Shown here: positions 1 through 9,283 of the stretch, piece after piece
Layout of the letters: each line of letters begins with the position of its first letter
Numbering within the stretch: the first letter of the stretch is position 1
From: Ignavibacteriales bacterium
GTDB taxonomy: Bacteria > Bacteroidota > Ignavibacteria > UBA10030 > UBA6906
Direction: 5' to 3'
NCBI GenBank assembly: GCA_037441705.1
Contig: JBBIRR010000001.1
Location: 160,001 to 224,000 of the forward strand
DNA length: 64,000 bases
Made by a program: the position numbers and the translations under genes
Notes under the pieces: model-generated
Database searches by the model: none
What the model saw: only the letters and a program-made list of their open reading frames with translations
What the model was told of the DNA's origin: nothing

Positions 1-57
1 GTCGTCCTGCGGCTCGCCTCCTCCTACGAAGAAGGAAAAGTGATTTCCCCCGCATAA
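1..57 (+). CDS. 3' end of an unidentified CDS entering from the left (partial)
   Basis: Frame +1 is open from the edge (VVLRLASSYEEGKVISPA) to TAA at 55-57; too short to identify. Confidence 0.3.
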   Translation, partial: VVLRLASSYEEGKVISPA

Positions 58-145
58 GGATGTGGGTCGAGTGAATTGCGCGACGGGAAGATCATGCAAC
101 AGGCGTGGTACCACCACCAGCTGCGTGACCGCAGTCCGACACCCA

Positions 146-784
146 CTAAATCTCTCCGCGAAGCGACTTGCTGATCACTTCCGCTTTGGAGTTGACGTGG
201 AGCTTCTTGTAGATGTTCTTGATGTGAAAGCGGATGGTGTCAATCGAAATGTTCATTCTGTCGGCGAGCATCTTGTAGCTCAGTCCGTCCACGAGACCGA
301 TGACGATTTCTTTTTCTTTGGGTGTGAGGACGGATTCAGGAGTTCTTTGCTCGACGGTGGATGGGGTGCTGAAATGTTCCATCACCTTGCGCGCGATTTC
401 GGGTGACATCACCGAGCCGCCGGCACGTACTGTTTCAATCGCCTTCTTGATTTCGCCCAGGGGGGTGTTTTTCAGGAGATACCCGGATGCGCCGGCACGC
501 AGTGAATCGAAGATCTTCTGCCAATCATTGTACACCGTCAGCATGATGATGTCGACATCGGGATGCTGTTCTTTGATGAGCCGCATGCCGTCGATTCCCG
601 ACATGCCCGGCAAGCCGATGTCGCTGAGAATCACATCAGGAAACTCGGTCTGTCTCGCTTTCGCAAGAAACTCCTCGACCGATTCCGCCGCGATCTCACA
701 CAAAACATCCTTCTGGTGACTCAGATACTTCTGAATCCCCAGCCGAATGTCCTTATCATCTTCAACGATGCCGACGGTAATCAT
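146..784 (-). CDS. NarL/LuxR-family DNA-binding response regulator
   Basis: REC domain (IVEDD, DVILSDIGLPGMSG, GASGYLLK) plus LuxR HTH (LTPKEKEI...GLSYK.LA..MNIS.DTIRFHIKNIYKKL). Start moved to ATG 784. Confidence 0.95.
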   Translation of the reverse strand: MITVGIVEDDKDIRLGIQKYLSHQKDVLCEIAAESVEEFLAKARQTEFPDVILSDIGLPGMSGIDGMRLIKEQHPDVDIIMLTVYNDWQKIFDSLRAGASGYLLKNTPLGEIKKAIETVRAGGSVMSPEIARKVMEHFSTPSTVEQRTPESVLTPKEKEIVIGLVDGLSYKMLADRMNISIDTIRFHIKNIYKKLHVNSKAEVISKSLRGEI

Positions 785-899
785 GGGGCAATAAGCCAAG
801 AAGCCTGCACAAGGTGAACCACATATTCATGTGGGGACACTGAGGCACTGCATTCTCAACCGAGGGGACTGCTTGATCGCCTCTCGACCCAAAAACAGA

Positions 900-1045
900 A
901 CGGAGGCTGACCAAAAAGTAGTATTACGTCATTCTGAGCCTCGTTTCTCAGAGGCGAAGAATCCAGAACCGAGCCATTTACTGGATTCTTCACTCCGCTT
1001 CGCTACGTTCAGAATGACAATGGTTACTTTTTGTACAGCCTCCGT
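900..1045. mobile_element. MITE/REP-like element with terminal inverted repeats and nested palindromes
   Basis: 21-bp terminal IR acggaggctgACcaaaaagta (900-920) / tactttttgTAcagcctccgt (1025-1045), 2 mismatches; inner IR gtcattctga (928-937) / tcagaatgac (1009-1018); innermost perfect IR gaagaatccag (956-966) / ctggattcttc (981-991). Confidence 0.75.
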
Positions 1046-1051
1046 CGCCTG

Positions 1052-1125
1052 TCGGAGCGGCGGGATTTGAACCCACGACCCCTTGCACCCCAAGCAAGTG
1101 CGCTACCGGGCTGCGCCACGCTCCG
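1052..1125 (-). tRNA. tRNA-Pro (anticodon GGG)
   Basis: Reverse complement CGGAGCGTGGCGCAGCCCGGTAGCGCACTTGCTTGGGGTGCAAGGGGTCGTGGGTTCAAATCCCGCCGCTCCGA folds into a cloverleaf: acceptor CGGAGCG/CGCTCCG, anticodon arm CTTGC-TTGGGGT-GCAAG, T loop TTCAAAT. CCA is not encoded. Confidence 0.97.
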
Positions 1126-1201
1126 AAGTTTCAAACTGCATCCCCAAGATACGAAACGCTGCCAACGAGTGCAAGCACACGGCTGATTTCGTTCGTTATG
1201 G

Positions 1202-3259
1202 CTAACGGCTCGGCTCTACCGCCTTGCGCCCTCCTTCAAGCGGTCCGAAGAAGTTTCCCGTCTGAAGAAACAGCGTGAGCGTTCGAATACTCCAGTTGTA
1301 GTAGTTGTTCTCCAGAGGAAGAGTCGTTGCGACGTTGATGCGATAGGCGGCATCGGCAAATGCCTGGTACGCGGGCCCCGCCGCCATCGCCGCGGCACCG
1401 AACGGGCCGATGAAGATGCTCGTCGGCTCGCTGCGCACCGGCTTGCCGTCGAGGTAATACCCGTTGGCAATATTCGCCGCCCCGATGGACGATGCGAAGC
1501 GAACGATTTTCTCGCAGAACTGCCGCGCGTCTTCGTTGCCGTACCACAGATAGTCCAGCGCGATGCGCCACGGCGTGCGCGCTGCATCCCAATAGTAGTA
1601 ATAGCTCTGCGCGCGTTCGGGCGCAGGCGAGCCGTCCGCGCGACACCAGTCGGGCACCAGACCCGTTTCGGGGTGTGCGCATTTCTTGAGAATCTCATAG
1701 CATCGAGCAATCACTTTGCGCCACCCGGCGTTTCCCGTCGCCGCCTCGAAGGCGCGGTAGTACGCGGGAGCGAAGTAGGACGGATTGAGCATGTGCGAGC
1801 CGCCCCAATCGCCGTCGCCGGGCTTGAGAACGAACGTGTTCTTTTCGACTTCATGTTCCCAGATGCGATTGATGAGAAGCACTGCTTCGTGTTTGTAGTT
1901 GATGGCGCCGTCACTGCACCACTGCCGGTCGGCGAGCAGCAGTGCGAATGCGGCATCCTCATCGGCATCCGTTGCGGCGCCTCCTTCGAGCACCTCGCAG
2001 GTGCTGCCGATGTGCCATTCCATCAGCCCGCGCTCATTCATGAACTTCTTGTAATACAACCAGAGATCATCGAAGAGCGGACGGTCGTTGAAGTTCACGG
2101 CAAGCAGCATCCCATAGCCGATGCCCTCGGACGTCGTCGAGCTCATGTCATCGAACAGAACGCGACGAAGTCCGCACGCGCTATCGCCTGTCACATACGC
2201 ACTCTTCCAACTTTCGTACGACCGCTGCGCGTCAACATGGTTCCGGTATTTGCTCATGATGCCGAACGGGTATGCTGCATTCTGCGGAAAGGGAAACGTC
2301 ACGCAGCCGCCGGCGTTCTTCGTTGACAGGATGGTGCCACTCGTGCCCACGATCAGGCCAACGACAGAATCGGCCATCGCAACGCCGCGCAAATCCTGTT
2401 CGGTCCCACTCGGTCGGCTCACCCACGTGAAACCACCGTCGGTCGAGCGGAGGATGGTTCCGCGTGACCCCACAACCGTCGCGTCGTGCAACGAAGAGGT
2501 CGCCACGTCCCAAAGATCGTGCGTCGTTCCCGATCGTACAGCAGTCCAGCTCACGCCTCCGTTTTCGGTCCGCAAGATGGTTCCTTTATCTCCGACGGCA
2601 AATCCATGTCTGTTTGTGGCAAAACGCATGCGGTAGAGCATCCCCTCCGATCCCTCGGCCACACGCGTCCACGATTCACCTGCATTCGTGGTCCGCAGGA
2701 TGATGCCGTTCGAACCGCAAGCCAGAAAGGTCATCGCTTCAAGGCACTGGACGCCGCGCAAGTCGTTGTTAAACCCGCTCGTACTTTCGGTCCATGTCGT
2801 TCCTCCATCCGTCGTTCGAAGAACAACCCCGCCGTATCCTACGGCAAGGCCCGTCGTTGCCGTGCAGAATGAGACGTCGTACAACGACTTCGCCGTTACA
2901 CGCTGAACCGAGGTCCAGGTTTTTCCTCCATCCGTCGTTCGAAGAATGACGCCGTTCCATCCAACAACATAACCAACAAAAGGAGACACGAAGGCAACAC
3001 CGCTGAGCCAGGTGCCCGTTCCGCTTTGCTGCGCGCTCCACGTTGTTCCGCCATCCGCGCTGAAGAGAATCGTACCGCGTGCGCCGACGGCGACAGCGGT
3101 TCTTCTGTCGACAAAAGTAACGTCAGAGAGCGGAACGGTGACGCCGCTGGTTTGCTGCACCCACTGGGCGTGCAGGCGAGGACTGGCCGGCAGAAGAGTG
3201 AGAAGCCAGCAGGCGATTAAACGGAGAACAGGTTTCAGGCAAGATGTTGTGCGTAGCAT
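1202..3259 (-). CDS. Secreted YCF48/BNR-repeat beta-propeller fused to a glycoside hydrolase family 8 domain
   Basis: Signal peptide ending ...LHA-QW; about 7 repeats of VG..G.ILRT.DGG.TW; C-terminal GH8 motifs TSEGIGYGMLLAV, ATDADEDAAFALLLA, NPSYFAPAYY, GLVPDW, YYWDAARTPWR. No T9SS CTD. Confidence 0.88.
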   Translation of the reverse strand: MLRTTSCLKPVLRLIACWLLTLLPASPRLHAQWVQQTSGVTVPLSDVTFVDRRTAVAVGARGTILFSADGGTTWSAQQSGTGTWLSGVAFVSPFVGYVVGWNGVILRTTDGGKTWTSVQRVTAKSLYDVSFCTATTGLAVGYGGVVLRTTDGGTTWTESTSGFNNDLRGVQCLEAMTFLACGSNGIILRTTNAGESWTRVAEGSEGMLYRMRFATNRHGFAVGDKGTILRTENGGVSWTAVRSGTTHDLWDVATSSLHDATVVGSRGTILRSTDGGFTWVSRPSGTEQDLRGVAMADSVVGLIVGTSGTILSTKNAGGCVTFPFPQNAAYPFGIMSKYRNHVDAQRSYESWKSAYVTGDSACGLRRVLFDDMSSTTSEGIGYGMLLAVNFNDRPLFDDLWLYYKKFMNERGLMEWHIGSTCEVLEGGAATDADEDAAFALLLADRQWCSDGAINYKHEAVLLINRIWEHEVEKNTFVLKPGDGDWGGSHMLNPSYFAPAYYRAFEAATGNAGWRKVIARCYEILKKCAHPETGLVPDWCRADGSPAPERAQSYYYYWDAARTPWRIALDYLWYGNEDARQFCEKIVRFASSIGAANIANGYYLDGKPVRSEPTSIFIGPFGAAAMAAGPAYQAFADAAYRINVATTLPLENNYYNWSIRTLTLFLQTGNFFGPLEGGRKAVEPSR

Positions 3260-4386
3260 CAGTGCTCCGTGGGAATTGATGATTCGGCAGCTTTGCGCAG
3301 TGTTTCGAGAATGACTTCTGCGTTGCGCTTCAGGTTGAATTCCCGCTCCGCTTTACGCCGTGCATTGGCGCCAAACTCACGACGAAGAGCGGGGTTGTTC
3401 ATCAGCAGCAACAACCTCTCCGCCAGTGCCGCCTCATCCTCTCCACGAATCAGGAAGCCGGTGGTACCGTCCGTCACCATTTCGTCAATGCTGCCAAGCT
3501 CGGTAGCCACTACCGGAAGGTTCATGGCCATTGCTTCCATGATGGCAAGCGGAAAGAAGTCCGCGCGTGTCGGCAGCACGAACACGTCGGCCTGCTTGTA
3601 GAGGTGCAGGAGTTCGGGACTGTTGGGAGAGATGTTCGAATGAATGACGACATTCCGCGGCCTTTCGCCGGCCGCGCTGTTTGTCACAAGATGAAACTCG
3701 CAATTCCTGAACGGCTCATGGCGGGCGATGTTACACAGCAAATCTCCACCCTTCCGCATAAAATGATTGCCCACAAACAGGATGCGCACCTTCGACCCCG
3801 GCATTCGTTCAGAACTTTTCCAGAGATCGAGATCCACGCCCGGCGCAAGGACGCGAATTCTCCTCTCATCCACCCCATAATGTTCGATCAGCGATCGTTT
3901 CACCCAGTTCGACCAGGGCAGAAGAAAGGTCGTGTTCCGATACGTCCGACACGTTTGGAGAAACTTGATGCGTTCGATCAAATGCTTTTGCGATGAAGTA
4001 GGAACGCCGTACCACGCGCGATGCTCTTCCATCAGCAACGGTGTCACATCCATCGCCATCACGCTGGGGACGCGCTTGCGGAAGGTGTTCAAGAACGTCG
4101 CAGGAATGTGGTCGTTGAAATAGACTGCGTCGAATTTCTTTCCCGCTTTCAGCTCCCTGCGGATGCGCGACCGAGCAATCCATCCCCCCTTCAGAGTCCA
4201 GTTCAGCGAAATCGGAGGAATGCGCGCAAGAAGCTCCGGCGGACTGTACTCGATGGGAAGCCACGTGCACTCGACATCGTCACGCGCAGAGACGACGCCC
4301 CGCAGGTTCTGCAGCACCGTCGCCGTACCGCCAAACCACATGCCGGTGAACAAGAAACTCGGTTTGCCCTTATCCGACGAATTCAT
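3259..4386 (-). CDS. Glycosyltransferase family 4
   Basis: GT-B motifs ILFVG..F.RKGG and ADVFVLPTRADFFPLAIMEAMAMNLPVV; start moved to ATG 4386. Confidence 0.9.
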   Translation of the reverse strand: MNSSDKGKPSFLFTGMWFGGTATVLQNLRGVVSARDDVECTWLPIEYSPPELLARIPPISLNWTLKGGWIARSRIRRELKAGKKFDAVYFNDHIPATFLNTFRKRVPSVMAMDVTPLLMEEHRAWYGVPTSSQKHLIERIKFLQTCRTYRNTTFLLPWSNWVKRSLIEHYGVDERRIRVLAPGVDLDLWKSSERMPGSKVRILFVGNHFMRKGGDLLCNIARHEPFRNCEFHLVTNSAAGERPRNVVIHSNISPNSPELLHLYKQADVFVLPTRADFFPLAIMEAMAMNLPVVATELGSIDEMVTDGTTGFLIRGEDEAALAERLLLLMNNPALRREFGANARRKAEREFNLKRNAEVILETLRKAAESSIPTEH

Positions 4387-4438
4387 GATGCCGTGTTTCC
4401 ATTTGAATTTTTTGTTCGGGTAATGATATTCAATTCGC

Positions 4439-5806
4439 CTACCGCACCAATCGCCCATCCGTGAGGTACGCAGTAAGCAGCCTCGCAACAAAAGCATGCC
4501 CTCGTTCATTCCAATGAGGGTCATCATCAAGCACGAGCGGAAACTCCTCACAGGCACGAAATGCAGGCAGCAGGTTGAACACTACGTAAGGCAACTGCGG
4601 CGCCGCTTCATCAAAGAATCTGAAGTACTCATCCTGATATGGCTCCGAGAGTGCGTACTCGTTTTTCTCCCAGTTGTTGGGACATTCATTCGGATTCCAA
4701 TGCTGAAATCGAGGAGTGACGACCAGAATGAACATCGCGCCAATGTCGTTGGCCTTTGAGGCAATACGATTGATGTGCGCCAGAGTGTTCAAGAAGTACC
4801 CTCGTGTGCTTGCCAGAGGATGTCGGTAAATGAAGAATCGGTTGTGCTCAACGACGCCATCAATCTTCACTGCAAAGTCATAATAGTCATATCCCGCCTG
4901 ACGGGTCACGCTTGCTCTTGCATCGCCCCTGTTCGACAGAGCGTAGCGCACGACACTGAACGGGTAGCTGAGATATCGGCGTATCTTTTCAAGTTGGAAG
5001 GATGACACGTTCCCAAGCGCAGTGTGAAAGCCCATCTCCTCGGTAGACGATTCAGCCAAGTTGAATTGGCTCTGGTCACCATCGCCCTGTATCTCTGCTG
5101 CATATTTCATGTCATCACCGATATCCGTTGCATCCAGAAAAAGGATAACGTGAGTGGGCGCGTAATGGATCACGATGCCGGAGAACAGTCGCTCTTCCAG
5201 AAGTGGCGAGTAGCTGTTGATCCCGGCATTGAGCACCGCAACGTCATTGCGGCCCAGTTGTTCTCGGAGCAGACGCTCGGCGACAGCCGGAAAAGCAAAC
5301 TCCTGTCTCACACACTTTCCGAAGGTGAAGGAATCGCCAAGAAGAGCAATTCGGGTCTTGAAGGCGCGGAATGCTTCACGCGAGTACAAGCTCCTGAGGC
5401 CGTCCTCATTCGTTCGGACAATAACCCGCTTCCCATCGAAGATGCCTGCATTCATTTCCGCGTTCTTCGGAAGCAGATGGTGGTATGTTCTGGAACTGAT
5501 GCCATGGAACTCCGGCATGGCAGCAGGCGGATTGAACATGCGCAGACCCAATTCCACCCCCACCAGGGTTACCAGTACCGTACCCACCAGAAGGAGAATT
5601 TCTCTCCATCGCTGGCGTCCTCTGAACGCGAGGAAGATTCCGATGATGCTGAGGAGCCAATAGGCAACCAGCGAGCCAATGAGTGCCTCGTCAACTTTCC
5701 CGTCCGCCGCAATGAAATCAAGAAGATGCCAGTACACAGCCAGAGCGGCCATCAGGAAGAAGGCCGTAATCGCAACCATGAGGGTGCTATCGGTATTCCA
5801 CTTCAT
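4439..5806 (-). CDS. Membrane-anchored SGNH/GDSL hydrolase-family protein (possible polysaccharide O-acetylation)
   Basis: About three N-terminal TM segments; block I IALLGDSFTFG, VLNAGINSYS, block V DDPHWNERGH. Confidence 0.8.
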   Translation of the reverse strand: MKWNTDSTLMVAITAFFLMAALAVYWHLLDFIAADGKVDEALIGSLVAYWLLSIIGIFLAFRGRQRWREILLLVGTVLVTLVGVELGLRMFNPPAAMPEFHGISSRTYHHLLPKNAEMNAGIFDGKRVIVRTNEDGLRSLYSREAFRAFKTRIALLGDSFTFGKCVRQEFAFPAVAERLLREQLGRNDVAVLNAGINSYSPLLEERLFSGIVIHYAPTHVILFLDATDIGDDMKYAAEIQGDGDQSQFNLAESSTEEMGFHTALGNVSSFQLEKIRRYLSYPFSVVRYALSNRGDARASVTRQAGYDYYDFAVKIDGVVEHNRFFIYRHPLASTRGYFLNTLAHINRIASKANDIGAMFILVVTPRFQHWNPNECPNNWEKNEYALSEPYQDEYFRFFDEAAPQLPYVVFNLLPAFRACEEFPLVLDDDPHWNERGHAFVARLLTAYLTDGRLVR

Positions 5807-6996
5807 GCAGCAAAGTCGTTGCAGCTGTTGGATGATTTCCGTTCTACAACATTCCTCAACTCGTGGAGGCTTTCCGCGTTCCAGCGCTCGACAAAGCGAT
5901 ACGCAGCGCGAGCCAGTGAACGGGCACGAGCGGCATCGCGGGCGACATGCAACACGGCTTGCGCAAAATCGTCGGGCGAGTCTGCAACGAGAAACGCCTG
6001 CCCGGCTCCATCCTCAAGACCACGCGACCCGGCAGACGTTGTGACGACCGGCCTCCCGTAGCCAAGCGCCTCGATGGTCTTGATGCACAGTCCGGTGCTG
6101 AACTCAATGGGATTTACGACAATATCAGCCACTTCGTACAGAGAATCAAGATCATCCACCACGCCGTGCTTGATGCAGCCCTCGGCATCCGGCACGTTGT
6201 CACAAATCTGCCCGGCAAGGTGTAACATGGCGTGCGGTACTACGCGTCGAATGCGCGGAAACGTTTGTGCGAGAAAGGAACGAAGACCGTGAATGTTCGT
6301 CCCCGCATCCGAACCGATAAACAGGAGGTTCGCCTCATTTCTCTCTCGCGGAGGCAGGGCGCGAAGCGGAGCAATATGCCGGACGGTAATGACCGGCCTG
6401 GATGTGAGCCGCGAGAAATATTCCCTTTCCTGATCCTGAATTGCTACAACGACATCGGCGCGGTTCAAGGCTTTCGCTTCTTCCTTCGCGGTAGTACAGT
6501 ACCATCCGTAGTCTTGCCCCGCTTTGCGATACAGCATGTGTCGCCTGGTGAATACGTCGTGCGTGTCGATGATCTTCAGAACGCTATCGTCGAAACAGTC
6601 CAACGCTTTCGACCAAAAGATATATTCGACAATCACCACATCGAAGCGTGTGGACTTCGCCAACTCTCGCAGGACGAGATCGAGCGCGTTGTCGTACCGA
6701 TAGTCCACCGGCTGGATTTCCAAGAATCCCGGCTCGAAGAGAAAACGCAAGCGGGAGATGTAGCGCCGGAGACTCCGCGGCGGATGACGATACGCGACAC
6801 GATAGAAATGCTTGCCCCACCACCGTGCCATCGCCTCCTCGTCCGCCTTCCATGGTTCGGTGTTCACGCAGAGAAAGTGCACTTCATGTCCCATGTCACG
6901 CAGACTTTGCAGCAGCCGCTGAATGCGCGTGCGGTTACCCGCGATCTGGGGGTGGGTGGGGATGGGTGAGATGAGGAGAATGCGGCGCCTCATCAT
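5803..6996 (-). CDS. Glycosyltransferase family 4
   Basis: ILLISP.P.HP..AGN..RI; ADIVVNPI...TGL.IKTIEALGYGRPVVTT. Confidence 0.88.
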   Translation of the reverse strand: MMRRRILLISPIPTHPQIAGNRTRIQRLLQSLRDMGHEVHFLCVNTEPWKADEEAMARWWGKHFYRVAYRHPPRSLRRYISRLRFLFEPGFLEIQPVDYRYDNALDLVLRELAKSTRFDVVIVEYIFWSKALDCFDDSVLKIIDTHDVFTRRHMLYRKAGQDYGWYCTTAKEEAKALNRADVVVAIQDQEREYFSRLTSRPVITVRHIAPLRALPPRERNEANLLFIGSDAGTNIHGLRSFLAQTFPRIRRVVPHAMLHLAGQICDNVPDAEGCIKHGVVDDLDSLYEVADIVVNPIEFSTGLCIKTIEALGYGRPVVTTSAGSRGLEDGAGQAFLVADSPDDFAQAVLHVARDAARARSLARAAYRFVERWNAESLHELRNVVERKSSNSCNDFAA

Positions 6997-8258
6997 CGCT
7001 TCCCGCTCAGGTGATTCTGTATCAAGGACTTCAGTACGTCAAGTGTCTCGCGAATCATCCGGTCTTCCGAAAACTGCTGCACCCTTGCCTCCGCAGCGAT
7101 GGCCATCGCCCTCATCTGGTCAGGATGGGTTAACGCCCATTGGAGCGCTTCTGCCCAACCGTGCACGTCGCTTGCGGACACGATCAGACCGTCTACGCGA
7201 TGACGAATGACTTCGGGGATTCCTCCTACATCCGAGGCAACAACAGGAACTCGCTGTGCCATGGCTTCGAGTATGGTAAACGGCAGCCCTTCGAATTCTG
7301 TGGGCAATACAAAAAGATCTGCCGCGCGCATCAGGCGCGGCACATCCGACCGATATCCGAGAAAGAGAACGTTGCTGGCGATGCGATGCTCGGCCGCTTC
7401 TCTTGCAATGCACTCTTTATCTTTTCCCTCCCCCACCCATACACAACACACGTGGGAAAAATCTCGGATGATATCGGGTAGCACACGAACGAGAAGCCCA
7501 AAGCCTTTCGTCAACTCCAATCGGGCAACCGTGAGAAGCATGATCGAACGATCCGACAGGCCAAGTTCCGCTCGGACCTCCTCACGAACGGTGGCCGCAT
7601 CATCACGAGGGCTTGGCGATGTCAGACGAATCCCATTATAGATTCTGACAACTTCGTCTTTATCCAGGCCGAAGGTCTGACTGATAAGCGACCGGTTGAA
7701 ATCGGACACTGTGACCCAGCGCTGACGACGTTGTCGCGCCCAGTGGTAAACTCTTCGCTTCGCTGCGCGAAAGGCGAAAGGAAAAGGATACCCATGAAAA
7801 ACGACAGCCGTGGGGACGTTCACAACGGCACATCCGGCAATTATGCCAAGCCCGAAGGTTCCCCAGCATATGTTCAGAAGGACAACATCAGGTTGTACAC
7901 TTCGCAGGAGTTTCACCGTCCGCATCAACTGCGAGACCGTGCGCTGAACTTCGGCAAGCCGATGAAAGGTTCGCTCAACGCCTCTGAGCATTCGTCGAAC
8001 CACACTGCGCTCCCGCGGTCGTTCGTGTTTCCACGTGTGCTCGGTTTGCAGCACTGCAAAATGTTGTAGCGGGAGACGAAACGTATGGCACGCGATCCCA
8101 TCGTGCGTCAGTTCCTCGACCAACGGTAGCGTCTGCGGGGTCTCGGTCACAGCAGCATGAACATCCCATCCCTGAATGCAGGCGCGTGCAATGGTCTGCG
8201 CGTACTTTTCGGCACCTCCGCGTTCCACCGCAGGTATGATGACCAGAAGCTTCTTCAT
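6993..8258 (-). CDS. Glycosyltransferase family 4
   Basis: GGAEKY, RIYNGI, ADLFVLPTEFEGLPFTILEAMA..VPVVASDVGGIPEVI; ATGA overlap with the upstream stop. Confidence 0.92.
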   Translation of the reverse strand: MKKLLVIIPAVERGGAEKYAQTIARACIQGWDVHAAVTETPQTLPLVEELTHDGIACHTFRLPLQHFAVLQTEHTWKHERPRERSVVRRMLRGVERTFHRLAEVQRTVSQLMRTVKLLRSVQPDVVLLNICWGTFGLGIIAGCAVVNVPTAVVFHGYPFPFAFRAAKRRVYHWARQRRQRWVTVSDFNRSLISQTFGLDKDEVVRIYNGIRLTSPSPRDDAATVREEVRAELGLSDRSIMLLTVARLELTKGFGLLVRVLPDIIRDFSHVCCVWVGEGKDKECIAREAAEHRIASNVLFLGYRSDVPRLMRAADLFVLPTEFEGLPFTILEAMAQRVPVVASDVGGIPEVIRHRVDGLIVSASDVHGWAEALQWALTHPDQMRAMAIAAEARVQQFSEDRMIRETLDVLKSLIQNHLSGKR

Positions 8259-9283
8259 TGCTTCGAACCTGCAAGCCATTGCAGCATCTGGCGTTCGAAC
8301 TGTTCTCCGTTCCAATCCAAAACAGAGAATCGAGGGAGTTGGAAGCAATCCATCCCTATCGTGACAGGGCTGTGCGTGACAGAACACGCAGCCACGTAGC
8401 CTTCGTTCCGTACGATTGCAGCTGTTTCATCCGTGTAGCGGCCAAAGGGATAGGAGAATGTGGTTATCTCCTGCTTCAGAAGCTCGCGAAGATACGACCT
8501 GCTTTCTCGGATCTCGTGCCGCTGCTGTTCCAGGGGTAGTTCCGTGAGCAGGGCGTGGGTGACCGTATGCGCGCCAATGCTGACAAGCCCTCCATCGGCC
8601 AACGTACATACTTCCTGGGGAGTGAGCGAACGGTGGCTTTCGCGCAGGCTGGGTTCGGTTGCTGCCCACGATTGGATCTCTGTCAGCAACTGCGTTCGGT
8701 GCTGATGCGGTACAGAGCGGAGTTTTTCCCACACGGCGTAGTAGAACTGCGTGCGCCGACTGGGCTCGCGCGTGTGCCTGCAATCGTGATGGTACTCCTC
8801 TTCACTGTAGACTTCGGCTCCTCCGAGGTCCCAGGTCCACTCCCCATCGCGAAGCGTGAGCCTCGATGGCAATCTACCGGGACGCAGCAGTGCTTGCTCT
8901 AATTCATCCCACCAGTACTCTTTGCGGGCGCCGAGATACCCTGTCGTCACAAAGACCGTCGCCGGGATTTCGTATCGTTCGAGGATGGGTTTGGCCTGAT
9001 ACAGGTTGTTTGCGTATCCATCATCGAAGGACACGACAACCGAGCGGTCCGCTAAACGTCCCTGATCCAAAGCGACCGGGAGTTCATGAAGATGAATGGG
9101 CCGCGCCCGCGTGCGGAGGATTCTCATCTGCATATCAAAATGTTCCGGGCTCACTCGGAGATACCACGGGTCGGCGTCAAGGTCACCCACCCGATGATAC
9201 ATGAGAATGATCGCGCGCGGCTGCTGCAATCCTCTGAAGTTCTGCTTCACCCACTGCAGGCGTGTAAGGCCGGGTACTCTCAT
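8255..9283 (-). CDS. Polysaccharide deacetylase (CE4/NodB domain)
   Basis: ILMYHRV, VVVSFDDGYANN, ATVFVTTG, IGAHTVTH, FSYPFG; ATGA overlap at 9280-9283. Confidence 0.92.
   Translation of the reverse strand: MRVPGLTRLQWVKQNFRGLQQPRAIILMYHRVGDLDADPWYLRVSPEHFDMQMRILRTRARPIHLHELPVALDQGRLADRSVVVSFDDGYANNLYQAKPILERYEIPATVFVTTGYLGARKEYWWDELEQALLRPGRLPSRLTLRDGEWTWDLGGAEVYSEEEYHHDCRHTREPSRRTQFYYAVWEKLRSVPHQHRTQLLTEIQSWAATEPSLRESHRSLTPQEVCTLADGGLVSIGAHTVTHALLTELPLEQQRHEIRESRSYLRELLKQEITTFSYPFGRYTDETAAIVRNEGYVAACSVTHSPVTIGMDCFQLPRFSVLDWNGEQFERQMLQWLAGSKQ

Noticed and set aside
831-1070. 79-aa ORF
   Set aside because: Translation of the palindromic element and the antisense tRNA end; no evidence of a real gene.
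1202-3259. Photosystem II assembly factor Ycf48
   Set aside because: The repeat is a generic propeller common in non-phototrophs; it is fused to GH8 and no photosynthesis genes are present.
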